Source of the DNA: Longimicrobiales bacterium
Lineage (GTDB): Bacteria; Gemmatimonadota; Gemmatimonadetes; Longimicrobiales; Gaopeijiaceae
Assembly: GCA_041690395.1 (NCBI GenBank)
Contig: JAWLHJ010000001.1
Location: 448,001 to 512,000, forward strand
DNA length: 64,000 bases
Direction of reading: 5' to 3'
Below are positions 28,297 to 39,160 of the stretch, in pieces. The notes below the pieces were generated by a model. It ran no database searches, was not told the origin of the DNA, and saw only the letters and a program-made list of their open reading frames with translations. Both the position numbers and the translations under genes were made by a program. Every line of letters starts with the position of its first letter. The first letter of the stretch is position 1.

Positions 28297-28312
28297 GGGC
28301 CCGAGCTTTGCA
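28297..28312 (+). promoter_or_regulatory. Possible sigma54 promoter of the SLBB/Wza gene
   Basis: GGGCCC-GAGCT-TTGCA keeps GG-N10-GC spacing, but it lies very close to the start codon. Confidence 0.35.
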
Positions 28313-28326
28313 CCTAGTTTGTGACC

Positions 28327-29106
28327 ATGCGTACTCCAATGGTAGTTCTGGCGCTCGCCGCCTTCCTGATGCTTCCCGCGCTCGGCGCGGCCCAGACCCT
28401 CCTCGAGACGGATCCCGGGAACTCGGTCCGCACGCGCGACGATCTCGAGCGGCTGGTGACGTTCTACGAGGAAGTGCTGGCCTCGCCCGCGTACTCCAAC
28501 CGCATGAAGCAGGAGGCCCGTACGGGCATGGAGCGCGTGCGCCAGCGGCTCAGCGCCGGCGACTTCCGCGTCGGCGACCGGATCGTGATGTCCGTGCAGG
28601 GCGAGCCCCAGCTCCCCGACACCGTGGCCGTCGAGACGGGCCCGAAGATCGTGCTTCCACTCTTCGGCGAGATCTCGCTGGCGGGGGTGCTGCGCTCGGA
28701 GATCGAGCCGCACCTGACGCGCGAGCTCGGCCAGTTCATCAACAACCCGGTCGTGCGCGCGCAGGGGCTCATGCGGCTGTCGATCCAGGGGCAGGTGGGG
28801 CGGCCCGGCTTCTACGTCGTGCCCGCCGAAATGCTCGTGGGCGACGCGATCATGACGGCGGGTGGGCCGGGTCCGCAGTCGGATCTCGACAAGCTCCGCA
28901 TCGAGCGGGCCTCGAACACGCTCGTAGGCGGCCAGGAGCTCCAGGAGGCCATGCGCGAGGGGTGGACGCTCGACCAGCTCAACCTGCAGGCCGGCGACCA
29001 GATCGTGGTGCCGCAGCGGGGCGGGGGCATCTGGGGCACGGTCGGGCGCGTGGCCCTCGGCGCGATCCCCGGGGTCCTGATCGCGGTGCTGATCGGGCGG
29101 CGCTGA
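28327..29106 (+). CDS. Polysaccharide export protein (Wza/OPX-like, Poly_export + SLBB)
   Basis: Signal peptide, FRVGDRI, I.LP..GEI...G, GQVGRPGFY, AGG and LQAGDQIVVP; C-terminal amphipathic helix. Confidence 0.85.
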   Translation: MRTPMVVLALAAFLMLPALGAAQTLLETDPGNSVRTRDDLERLVTFYEEVLASPAYSNRMKQEARTGMERVRQRLSAGDFRVGDRIVMSVQGEPQLPDTVAVETGPKIVLPLFGEISLAGVLRSEIEPHLTRELGQFINNPVVRAQGLMRLSIQGQVGRPGFYVVPAEMLVGDAIMTAGGPGPQSDLDKLRIERASNTLVGGQELQEAMREGWTLDQLNLQAGDQIVVPQRGGGIWGTVGRVALGAIPGVLIAVLIGRR

Positions 29107-29119
29107 GCGCCCGGGGTCC

Positions 29120-29560
29120 CTACCCCGCCCGCTCCCCCTCTTCCCCACCCACCTTCGCCATCGCCTTCTCGAGCACCTCGACGAGCTGCTCGGTGGAGAA
29201 CGGCTTCTTCACGACGAACTCCGCGTCGTTGAGCGCGCTCGCCAGGATCGGGTCGACGTCGGCGTAACCGGTGGTGAAGACCACGGCCATGTCGGGGCGG
29301 GTGGCCCGGAGCCGCTGCGCGACCGACGCGCCCCAGCCGTCCGGGAGATTGATGTCCATGAGCACGACGTCGATGTGACCGTCGTGGTTCTCGAGGACGT
29401 CCATGGCCTTCTCCGCGGACTCGGCTTCGAGCACGGTGAAGCCGCGGGCCTTGAGGAGCCGGCAGGTCACGTTGCGCAGACGATCGTCGTCGTCGACGAA
29501 GAACACGGTTCCACGGTTCACGTCGGACTCCGCTCCGGGTTGAGGCTCGTTCGGGGTCAC
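29120..29560 (-). CDS. Single-domain response regulator
   Basis: FVDDD, DVVLMDINLP, TTGY and KPF motifs. Confidence 0.88.
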   Translation of the reverse strand: MTPNEPQPGAESDVNRGTVFFVDDDDRLRNVTCRLLKARGFTVLEAESAEKAMDVLENHDGHIDVVLMDINLPDGWGASVAQRLRATRPDMAVVFTTGYADVDPILASALNDAEFVVKKPFSTEQLVEVLEKAMAKVGGEEGERAG

Positions 29561-29641
29561 GATCTGAGATCCTTCCGGCTCCGTGGAGCCGTCGGGGAAT
29601 CAACCTGTCCTTCTTTGAGACGGTGCAAGGTATGGACCACC

Positions 29642-30430
29642 TCAGCCCTTCGCCAACTCCTCGAGCACGAAGTCGTGGATGCGACCGTTCGAGCTCACGC
29701 CCGAGCCTCCGTGGATCGTGGCCTCACCGCCGAGCGTGGTGAACTTCCCGCCCGCCTCCGTGGCGATGGTGAGGAACGGGCCGGCGTCCCACGAGGCCAT
29801 GACCGGATCGATCTGGGCTTCGATACGGCCGGTCGCCACGAGGGCGTGGCCGTAGCAGTCGCCCCAGGTGCGGCTGAACGCGGCCTGCTGCTGGATGCGG
29901 CGCCAGCCGGGGCCCTCGGCCCGGGCCAGGAGCCGCTCGACGTCGGTGGTGCATACGACCGACTGTCCGATGGTGGCCACGTCCGAGACCCGGCATGGCT
30001 TCCCGTTCCAGGTGCAGCCGAGCCCGGTGCCGGCCGCGACGGTCTCCCGTAGCGGCGGGAAGTGCGCCACGCCCACGGCGGCCTCGCCCTCCACCTCGAT
30101 GCCGATGAGCACGCCGTACAGCGGCACGCCGCGCATGAAGGAGCGGGTCGCGTCGATGGGGTCGAGGATCCAGCGGACCCGCGCGCCCTCGTTCGACTCG
30201 CCGTACTCTTCCCCGAGGATCCCGTGCTCGGGGTAGCGCTCCTCCACCCGCTTGCGGATGAGCTGCTCCGCCTCGCGGTCGGCGATGGTCACGGGCGACC
30301 CGTCACCCTTGGCGTCGTGCTCGACGACCCGGCCGTAGTAGGTGAGCGAGAGGTCGCCGGCCTCGTGGGCCAGCTCGGTGGCGAAATCGAGAAGCTCGCG
30401 CACCTCGGTGCGTTTCGCGGTATCGGTCAT
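29642..30430 (-). CDS. hisN: Histidinol-phosphatase (inositol monophosphatase family)
   Basis: SPVTIADREAE, GEE, WILDPIDAT.SF, WGDCYGH and WD motifs. Confidence 0.8.
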   Translation of the reverse strand: MTDTAKRTEVRELLDFATELAHEAGDLSLTYYGRVVEHDAKGDGSPVTIADREAEQLIRKRVEERYPEHGILGEEYGESNEGARVRWILDPIDATRSFMRGVPLYGVLIGIEVEGEAAVGVAHFPPLRETVAAGTGLGCTWNGKPCRVSDVATIGQSVVCTTDVERLLARAEGPGWRRIQQQAAFSRTWGDCYGHALVATGRIEAQIDPVMASWDAGPFLTIATEAGGKFTTLGGEATIHGGSGVSSNGRIHDFVLEELAKG

Positions 30431-30446
30431 CGGGATATGCGAGGGG

Positions 30447-30489
30447 GAGGACTTCAGGAAGAGGACTTCAGGGAGAGGAACTTCAGGAG
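30447..30489. repeat. 14-bp tandem repeat, 3 copies
   Basis: GAGGACTTCAGGAA / GAGGACTTCAGGGA / GAGGAACTTCAGGAG; the last unit contains the diguanylate cyclase stop codon. Confidence 0.8.
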
Positions 30490-32000
30490 CCCGCGTGCTG
30501 CCTGGCCCGGCGCTGCGACTTCACGCGGTACATGTCGATGTCGGCCGCCCGCAGGAGGTCGTCGACGGAGCGCATCTCGGAGGTGTCGAATTCCGCGATG
30601 CCCATGCTGACCGATACCCGGTGGGGGCTCAGCGTCGCGTTACGGCCGAGTCCGTGCTGGACGCGGGCGATGTACTGCTTGGCTCCGTCGGCGTCCGTGT
30701 CCGACAGCACCGACACGAACTCGTCGCCGCCGTAGCGTCCCACGAGATTCATGGCCCGGTTCTCCTCGACGAGGAGGTCGGCGAACGCCTTGAGGATCTC
30801 GTCGCCGGTCACGTGCCCCTGGGTGTCGTTGACCGCCTTGAAGTTGTCGATGTCGAACACGACGACCGTCAGCGACCGGCCGCGGCGGGCGGCGGCGACT
30901 TCCTGCTCGAGGTGGAGCTGGAGGCGGCGCCGGTTGGGGAGCCCCGTGAGCGGATCGGTGAGCGAGAGCGCGCGGAGCGTCTCGTGCAGGCGGGCGTTCT
31001 CGAGCGCGACCGAGGCCTGGCGGGCCAGACGCTGCATGACGGCCGTCTCCTCGGAGCCGAAGTGCCGGGGCTTGCGGCTTCCGGCCGCGAGCGCGCCCAC
31101 GACCTCGTCGTCCACGATGATCGGGACCGCGACGCCCGACCCTCCCTCCAGGTATTCCCGGAGGTGGTCGGGGATGAGCTGGCTCGCGCGGATGTCGTCG
31201 ATGACGGCGGAGCGACGCTCGTGGATGAGCGTGGTCTCGAGGTCGTCGTGGAAGTCCCACGGGGCGCCGACGGGGAGCGCGATGTCGCCGCCCGAGTCGG
31301 TGATGCGCCCCTTCGCGCCTTCGAGCCCGTAGCGTTGCCAGACCGCCGCGCCGTCCACGTGGAGCACGTCGAGCACCGCCTGCACCACGCGCCCGAGCAC
31401 CTCGTTGGGGTCGCGCTCGCTGGTGAGCACGCGCCCGATCTCCTCGATGCGCTCGGCCTCCTTCCGCCGCCGCTCGATCTCCGCGAACTGGAGCGCGTTG
31501 TCGATGGCGATGGCCGCGATGTCGGCGATGCCCTGGAGGAGCGCGAGGTCGTCCTGGCTGTATGCGTCGGGGCGGGTGCTGCACGCGCTCACCGCCCCCA
31601 CGACGCGCCCGTGATGGACCAGCGGCGCCGCGATGCCCGAGCGGCACACCATCTTGCCGCCCTCGATGCGCGTCAGGCTCGCCAGGCCGTCCGGGTCGTC
31701 GGAGACCAGCACGCCCTGGCTCTGCCGGATGACTTCGGAGTCGGAGCCGCGGAAGCCCAGATCGACCGCCTGGGCCTCGCCGTCCTGCACCCGGTAGACC
31801 ACGCGCTCCAGGTCGCGCCCCTGGTCGTAGAGCGACACGCTGAAGTTCGACGCGCTCAGAACCTTGGCCGTCTCCTGATGGATAGCCGCATACAGCTCCC
31901 CCGCGCTGAGCGTGGAAGTGAGGATGCGACCGGTCTCGAGGAGGACCTCGTAACGTTCTTCAACGCTCGACCGGGTGGTCCGGTCGTCGTGTGATGGCAT
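30483..32000 (-). CDS. GAF-GAF-GGDEF diguanylate cyclase
   Basis: Two GAF domains, then TDPLTGLPNRR, DIDNFKAVNDTQGHVTGD, RYGGDEF and ADIDMY; start uncertain (32000 or 32084). Confidence 0.92.
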   Translation of the reverse strand: MPSHDDRTTRSSVEERYEVLLETGRILTSTLSAGELYAAIHQETAKVLSASNFSVSLYDQGRDLERVVYRVQDGEAQAVDLGFRGSDSEVIRQSQGVLVSDDPDGLASLTRIEGGKMVCRSGIAAPLVHHGRVVGAVSACSTRPDAYSQDDLALLQGIADIAAIAIDNALQFAEIERRRKEAERIEEIGRVLTSERDPNEVLGRVVQAVLDVLHVDGAAVWQRYGLEGAKGRITDSGGDIALPVGAPWDFHDDLETTLIHERRSAVIDDIRASQLIPDHLREYLEGGSGVAVPIIVDDEVVGALAAGSRKPRHFGSEETAVMQRLARQASVALENARLHETLRALSLTDPLTGLPNRRRLQLHLEQEVAAARRGRSLTVVVFDIDNFKAVNDTQGHVTGDEILKAFADLLVEENRAMNLVGRYGGDEFVSVLSDTDADGAKQYIARVQHGLGRNATLSPHRVSVSMGIAEFDTSEMRSVDDLLRAADIDMYRVKSQRRARQHAGS

Positions 32001-32131
32001 GGAGAAAGGGGCGCCGACGAGCGGCGTCTCAGGGGATGAACGCGGGGTCCCTTCAACATATGGGATCCCGGGCCGCGGAAACAACCGTTGTGTGGGGAGC
32101 GGGGGCTCCCTCGGATGTCATCGTGGGGCGC

Positions 32132-32170
32132 AGCCCCAGCCCCTCAGGGTGTCGGGCTCGTTTCTTTTTC
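32132..32170 (+). terminator. Intrinsic-terminator-like hairpin plus U tract
   Basis: AGCCC...GGGCT stem followed by CGTTTCTTTTT; no plus-strand CDS lies upstream. Confidence 0.45.
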
Positions 32171-32178
32171 GCGGCACT

Positions 32179-32324
32179 TCGAAAGTCGTTCGAAAGTCGA
32201 AAGAGTCGCGCTGAGCTGTGGCCGTGACCTGACAGCCGTCTCGCCGCGCCATACGGGCGTCTCGGAGCCGACGTCATCATCGTTGGTGACGGCACAGATC
32301 ATTCGAACCTCGAAAGACTTACGA
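32179..32324. repeat. ~145-bp inverted-repeat-bounded element, copy 1
   Basis: Left arm TCGAAAGTCGTTCGAAAGTCGAAAGA; right arm GATCATTCGAACCTCGAAAGACTTACGA; 146 bp. Confidence 0.85.
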
Positions 32325-32338
32325 GGACGCGAAACAAG

Positions 32339-32749
32339 ATGCATCTCCCTCCGACCCATCCTCCGACCCAACCCTCGAAAAATCCGTTCGCCGGGCCCTT
32401 CGACGCCGGCATCGACCCGGAGGAGCTCGATGGCGCCTGGCGCCTCGTCACGAGCGCGGCCCGGCGGCTCGACCGGATCGCGACGCGGGAGGGTTGGCCG
32501 GCGCCCTTCGCCCCCGCGCGCTACCTCGTCCTGGTGCAGCTCGCCGGCGCCACGTCGTACGGGCTCTCCCCCGGCCAGCTGGCGCGCTCGCTCGGCATGA
32601 GCCCCTCCACCCTGGCCCACCACCTCGACGCGCTGGAACGCGCGGGCCTCGTCCACCGCGTGCGCGGGACCCTCTACGACCGGCGGAAAGTGGCCGTGCG
32701 CCTGACGCACACGGGCCACCACGCGCTCGACCGCTTCACGCGCGGCTGA
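32339..32749 (+). CDS. MarR family transcriptional regulator
   Basis: LSPGQLARSLGMSPSTL..HLDALERAGLV.R....DRR...V.LT..G winged-HTH signature. Confidence 0.85.
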   Translation: MHLPPTHPPTQPSKNPFAGPFDAGIDPEELDGAWRLVTSAARRLDRIATREGWPAPFAPARYLVLVQLAGATSYGLSPGQLARSLGMSPSTLAHHLDALERAGLVHRVRGTLYDRRKVAVRLTHTGHHALDRFTRG

Positions 32750-32770
32750 CGCACCCCGGCTGTCCGCGCC

Positions 32771-32788
32771 CGCCGCCCGCGGGCGGCG
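32771..32788. terminator. 18-bp GC palindrome between convergent genes
   Basis: CGCCGCCCGCGGGCGGCG is self-complementary. Confidence 0.45.
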
Positions 32789-32798
32789 ACCCGCAGCC

Positions 32799-33533
32799 TT
32801 ACTTCCTGTCCAGGTAGTTCCCGATCTCCCACCCGATCGCCGCCAGCAGCTTCGCCTCGCGCTGGTCGGGCTCGGCCCGGGTGATGAGCGTGCGGATCGT
32901 CCGCATGACCGCCTCGGGCTTCCGAGCCTTGTAGAACTCGATGCGGGCGAGGCCGTCGCCGAGGGCGTCGAACGTCTGCTCGAGCTCGGCGTGCGTGGGC
33001 GGGCGGGTGGCGCGGCGTCCCTTGGGCAGCTCGTCGAGCCCGCCCTCGGCCGCGAGGAACGTTTCGTAGGCGATGACGAGGCAGGCCTGGGCGAGGTTCA
33101 GGCTCGAGTACTCGGGATCCGTCGGGATGATGGCCACCTGGTGGCACATGTCGAGCTCGGCGTTCGTGAGCCCGCGGTCCTCACGGCCGAACACGATGGC
33201 GACCAGACCGTCCGCGGTGCGCCCGACGATCTCGGGGGCGACGCGGCGCGGCTCGGTATAGCTGCGCCCCGCCGTCCGGGCCCGCGCGGTCGTCCCCACC
33301 ACGAACGAGACATCGGCCAGCGCATCGGCCAGCGTCTCGTGCTGCGTCGTCGCCTCGATGAGCGGCATGCTCCGGTGCGCGATCCCCTCCATGCGGTAGG
33401 GGTCGAAGTCGTCGGGCTCGACGAGGCGGAGCTTGGAGAGGCCGAAGTTCATCATCACCCGCAGGACGCCGGCGATGTTGACGACGTCCTTGGGGTGGTC
33501 GAGGACGACGACGACCTGGTCGAGCGGGCTCAC
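32799..33533 (-). CDS. trmJ: TrmJ/LasT family SPOUT RNA methyltransferase
   Basis: NIAGV.R.M.NFG, GTTAR, VFGREDRGL and SSLNLAQA motifs. Confidence 0.82.
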   Translation of the reverse strand: MSPLDQVVVVLDHPKDVVNIAGVLRVMMNFGLSKLRLVEPDDFDPYRMEGIAHRSMPLIEATTQHETLADALADVSFVVGTTARARTAGRSYTEPRRVAPEIVGRTADGLVAIVFGREDRGLTNAELDMCHQVAIIPTDPEYSSLNLAQACLVIAYETFLAAEGGLDELPKGRRATRPPTHAELEQTFDALGDGLARIEFYKARKPEAVMRTIRTLITRAEPDQREAKLLAAIGWEIGNYLDRK

Positions 33534-33760
33534 CCGTTCCGGTCGGTGTCCGTGGTGTGGGCCTCCGCCGACTCCTCGTCCTCCTCGGACTCGGAGGGCT
33601 TGCCGAGCTCACCCTTGAAATTACGGATGCCGCTTCCGAGGCCGCGCGCGAGGCCGGGGAGCTTCTTCGCGCCGAACAGCATGACGAGGATGCCGAACAG
33701 CAGCACCATCTCCATGGGGCCGAAGGTGACGAGCGCGAGCGCGGGCTCGGGATAGGTCAT
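33530..33760 (-). CDS. tatA: Twin-arginine translocase subunit TatA/E
   Basis: G..E.......LFGAKKLP.LARGLG.GI..FK signature. Confidence 0.9.
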   Translation of the reverse strand: MTYPEPALALVTFGPMEMVLLFGILVMLFGAKKLPGLARGLGSGIRNFKGELGKPSESEEDEESAEAHTTDTDRNG

Positions 33761-34923
33761 TTCATCAGCGCCTTTGCGATGGTCTGCTTCTGCATGTTCG
33801 AGGTGCCCTCGTAGATCGTGCCGATCTTGGCGTCACGATAGAGCTTCTCGACGGGGTACTCCTTCGTGAAGCCGTACCCGCCGTGCAGATCGATACACGT
33901 GGAGGTGACCCTCTGTGCCGCCTCGCTCGCGAACAGCTTGGCCATGGCGGCCTGGTGGAGGAACGGCTGGCCGGCATCCTTCAGGCGCGCGGCGTTGTAC
34001 ACGAGCAGGCGGGCGGCCTCGATCTCGGTGGCCATCTCGGCGAGCTGGAACTGCACGCCCTGGAACGATCCGATCTGGCGGCCGAACTGCTCGCGCTCCT
34101 GCACGTAGCGGATGGTGTGGTCGAGCGCGCCCTGCGCGAGCCCGACGACCTGCGCGCCGATACCGATGCGCCCCTCGTTCAGCGTCTCGATGGCGACCTT
34201 GTATCCCTTTCCGACCTCACCGAGCACGTTCTCGGCCGACACCCGGACATCCTCGAAAACGAGCTCCGTCGTGGACGACGCTCGGATGCCCAGCTTGTCC
34301 TCCTTCTTGCCGACCGTGAACCCGTCCTGCCCCTTCTCGACGATGAACGCGGTGATGCCGCGGTAACCGGCGTCGGCATCGACGGTGGCGAACACGATGA
34401 ACAGGCCCGCCTCGTTCCCGTTCGTGATCCAGAGCTTCTGGCCGTTGATGACCCACTCGTCGCCGTCCTGCGCGGCGCGGCACGACAGCGCGAAGGCGTC
34501 CGATCCGCTCCCGGCCTCGGACAGCGCGTACGCGCCCACGGTGTCGCTGGCGAGCTTCGGGAAGATGCGGGCCTTCTGCTCCTCGTTGCCCCACCGGAGG
34601 ATGGCGTTGATGACGAGCGTGTTCTGCACGTCCACCAGGACGCCGATGGAGGGATCGACCTTCGATAGCTCCTCGACGATGAGGACCGAGGTGAAGAAGT
34701 CCGCCCCCGTGCCGCCGTGCGCCTCCGGGATCTCGATGCCCATGAGCCCGAGCTCGAACAGCTGGTCGATGATGGCGCGGTCCATCTGCTGCGCCTCGTC
34801 CATCTGCATGACCTTCGGTGCGATCTCGGACGTCGCGAAGTCCCGGACCGCCTCCTGGAACATCTGCTCTTCTTCGGAGAGGGTGGTCAGCGCGGGCCGG
34901 GGATCGGTGAGTAGCATGGACAT
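33757..34923 (-). CDS. Acyl-CoA dehydrogenase (short/branched-chain type)
   Basis: YALSEAGSGSD, GQKLWITNG, REQFG, HGGYGF and IYEGTSN motifs. Confidence 0.93.
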   Translation of the reverse strand: MSMLLTDPRPALTTLSEEEQMFQEAVRDFATSEIAPKVMQMDEAQQMDRAIIDQLFELGLMGIEIPEAHGGTGADFFTSVLIVEELSKVDPSIGVLVDVQNTLVINAILRWGNEEQKARIFPKLASDTVGAYALSEAGSGSDAFALSCRAAQDGDEWVINGQKLWITNGNEAGLFIVFATVDADAGYRGITAFIVEKGQDGFTVGKKEDKLGIRASSTTELVFEDVRVSAENVLGEVGKGYKVAIETLNEGRIGIGAQVVGLAQGALDHTIRYVQEREQFGRQIGSFQGVQFQLAEMATEIEAARLLVYNAARLKDAGQPFLHQAAMAKLFASEAAQRVTSTCIDLHGGYGFTKEYPVEKLYRDAKIGTIYEGTSNMQKQTIAKALMK

Positions 34924-35034
34924 GGCATCTCTTCGAATCTATCGGGAACCAATAATATCCGGCTCGGGGGAGGCGCGCCGGGCTCCCCCGAAGATGGTCC
35001 CGTGGAGCCCGTTGTTCCAGGGGCGCGTGCGACC

Positions 35035-35063
35035 TTGACCTTGGCCCGTCCCACCATCATCCT
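35035..35063 (+). promoter_or_regulatory. Possible sigma70 promoter of the gcvH operon
   Basis: TTGACC-N17-CATCCT, about 45 bp upstream of gcvH. Confidence 0.35.
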
Positions 35064-35108
35064 CAGGACCTCGCCCCACCCGAGCGATCCCACAAGCGGA
35101 GAAGCAGC

Positions 35109-35495
35109 ATGTCCGAGATCCCCAGCGACCTCCTCTACTCCGAAGAGCACGAGTACCTGAAGCCGACGGACGAGGAAGGCGTCTACACCATGGGCGTGAC
35201 CGACTACGCCCAGGGGGAGCTCGGCGACGTGGTATTCGTGGAGCTTCCGAACCGAGGATCGTCCTTCAACAAGATGGACGTGTTCGGAACGATCGAGGCC
35301 GTGAAGGCGGTGAGCGATCTGTACTGTCCGGTGCAGGGCGAGATCGTGGCGGTGAACGAGGCGCTCGAGGACGACCCGTCGCTCGTGAACTCGGACCCGT
35401 ACGGCGAGGGGTGGATGGTGCGGCTGAAGGTGGCCAACCCCGCGGAGCTCGACGACCTGCTGACCGCCGACGGTTACGCCGAGCACATCGACTGA
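35109..35495 (+). CDS. gcvH: Glycine cleavage system H protein
   Basis: [21 protein letters not shown] (lipoyl Lys) and NSDPYGEGW motifs. Confidence 0.96.
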   Translation: MSEIPSDLLYSEEHEYLKPTDEEGVYTMGVTDYAQGELGDVVFVELPNRGSSFNKMDVFGTIEAVKAVSDLYCPVQGEIVAVNEALEDDPSLVNSDPYGEGWMVRLKVANPAELDDLLTADGYAEHID

Positions 35496-35505
35496 GGCTC
35501 CCCAC

Positions 35506-38375
<2,870 letters not shown>

Positions 38376-38379
<4 letters not shown>

Positions 38380-39146
38380 GCGCGCCGCGCGAGTGGCGGC
38401 TCCACCGGGACGGCCCCGCGTCGGGCCCCCGCAACATGGCGCTCGACCACGCCCTCGCAGAGACGCTCGACGACGGCGTGGCGGTGCTCCGGCTGTACGA
38501 GTGGACGGAGCCGACCGTGTCGTTCGGGCGGAACGAGCCGGCGCGGGAGCGGTGGGGGCCCGCGACCGACGGGCGGGTCGCGGGCGCCGAGCCCGCCTTC
38601 CGCTTCGTGCGCCGCCCCACGGGAGGGCGGGCTGTCCTCCACCGCGCCGAGCTCACCTACGCCGCCGTGCTCCCCGACCGCGCGTTCGGCGGCCCCCGCG
38701 GCGCCTACGCTGCGGTCAACCAGGCGCTCGTCGAGGGGCTCGGCCTTCTGGGTGTCCAGGTGGCCCTGGCAGGTACCTCTCCGGCCCTCCGCCCCGACGC
38801 GGGCCCGTGCTTCGACACCCCCGCGGAAGGCGAGGTCGTTCTGGAGGGCGGAAAGCTCGTGGGTAGCGCTCAGGCCCGCTTGGACGGAGCTTTGTTGCAG
38901 CACGGCGCGATCCTGATCGAGGACGACCAGGGCGCGCTGGGCTCGGGCTCGGCCGCCCGCCCGCTTCGCCGTCACCTCGAATCAGTGACGGTCGCGGACG
39001 TGCGTGACGCCGTGGAGCGGGGCTTCCGGACGCGGTTCGCCGACGCTCGTTGGCGCGAGGCGGATCACGACGCGCGCGTGCTCGAGGCCGCGGCGCGGTG
39101 GGAGTCCGAGCGGTACGACGACGAAGGGTGGACCTGGCGGCGCTGA
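38376..39146 (+). CDS. Lipoate-protein ligase / octanoyltransferase (LplA/LipM-like)
   Basis: [36 protein letters not shown] and LQHG motifs; GTG start overlaps the gcvP stop. Confidence 0.88.
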
Positions 39147-39160
39147 GGAGGCGCATTCCG

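Noticed and set aside
30770..30860. Hypr (cGAMP-forming) GGDEF as partner of the A20 riboswitch
   Set aside because: The specificity residue is Asp (GHVTGD), as in ordinary diguanylate cyclases; Hypr enzymes have Ser/Thr.
34925..35108. Possible glycine riboswitch upstream of gcvH (fragments CCGAAG and CTCAGG)
   Set aside because: No GGAGA...CCGAAG...CUCAGG architecture with supporting stems could be built.
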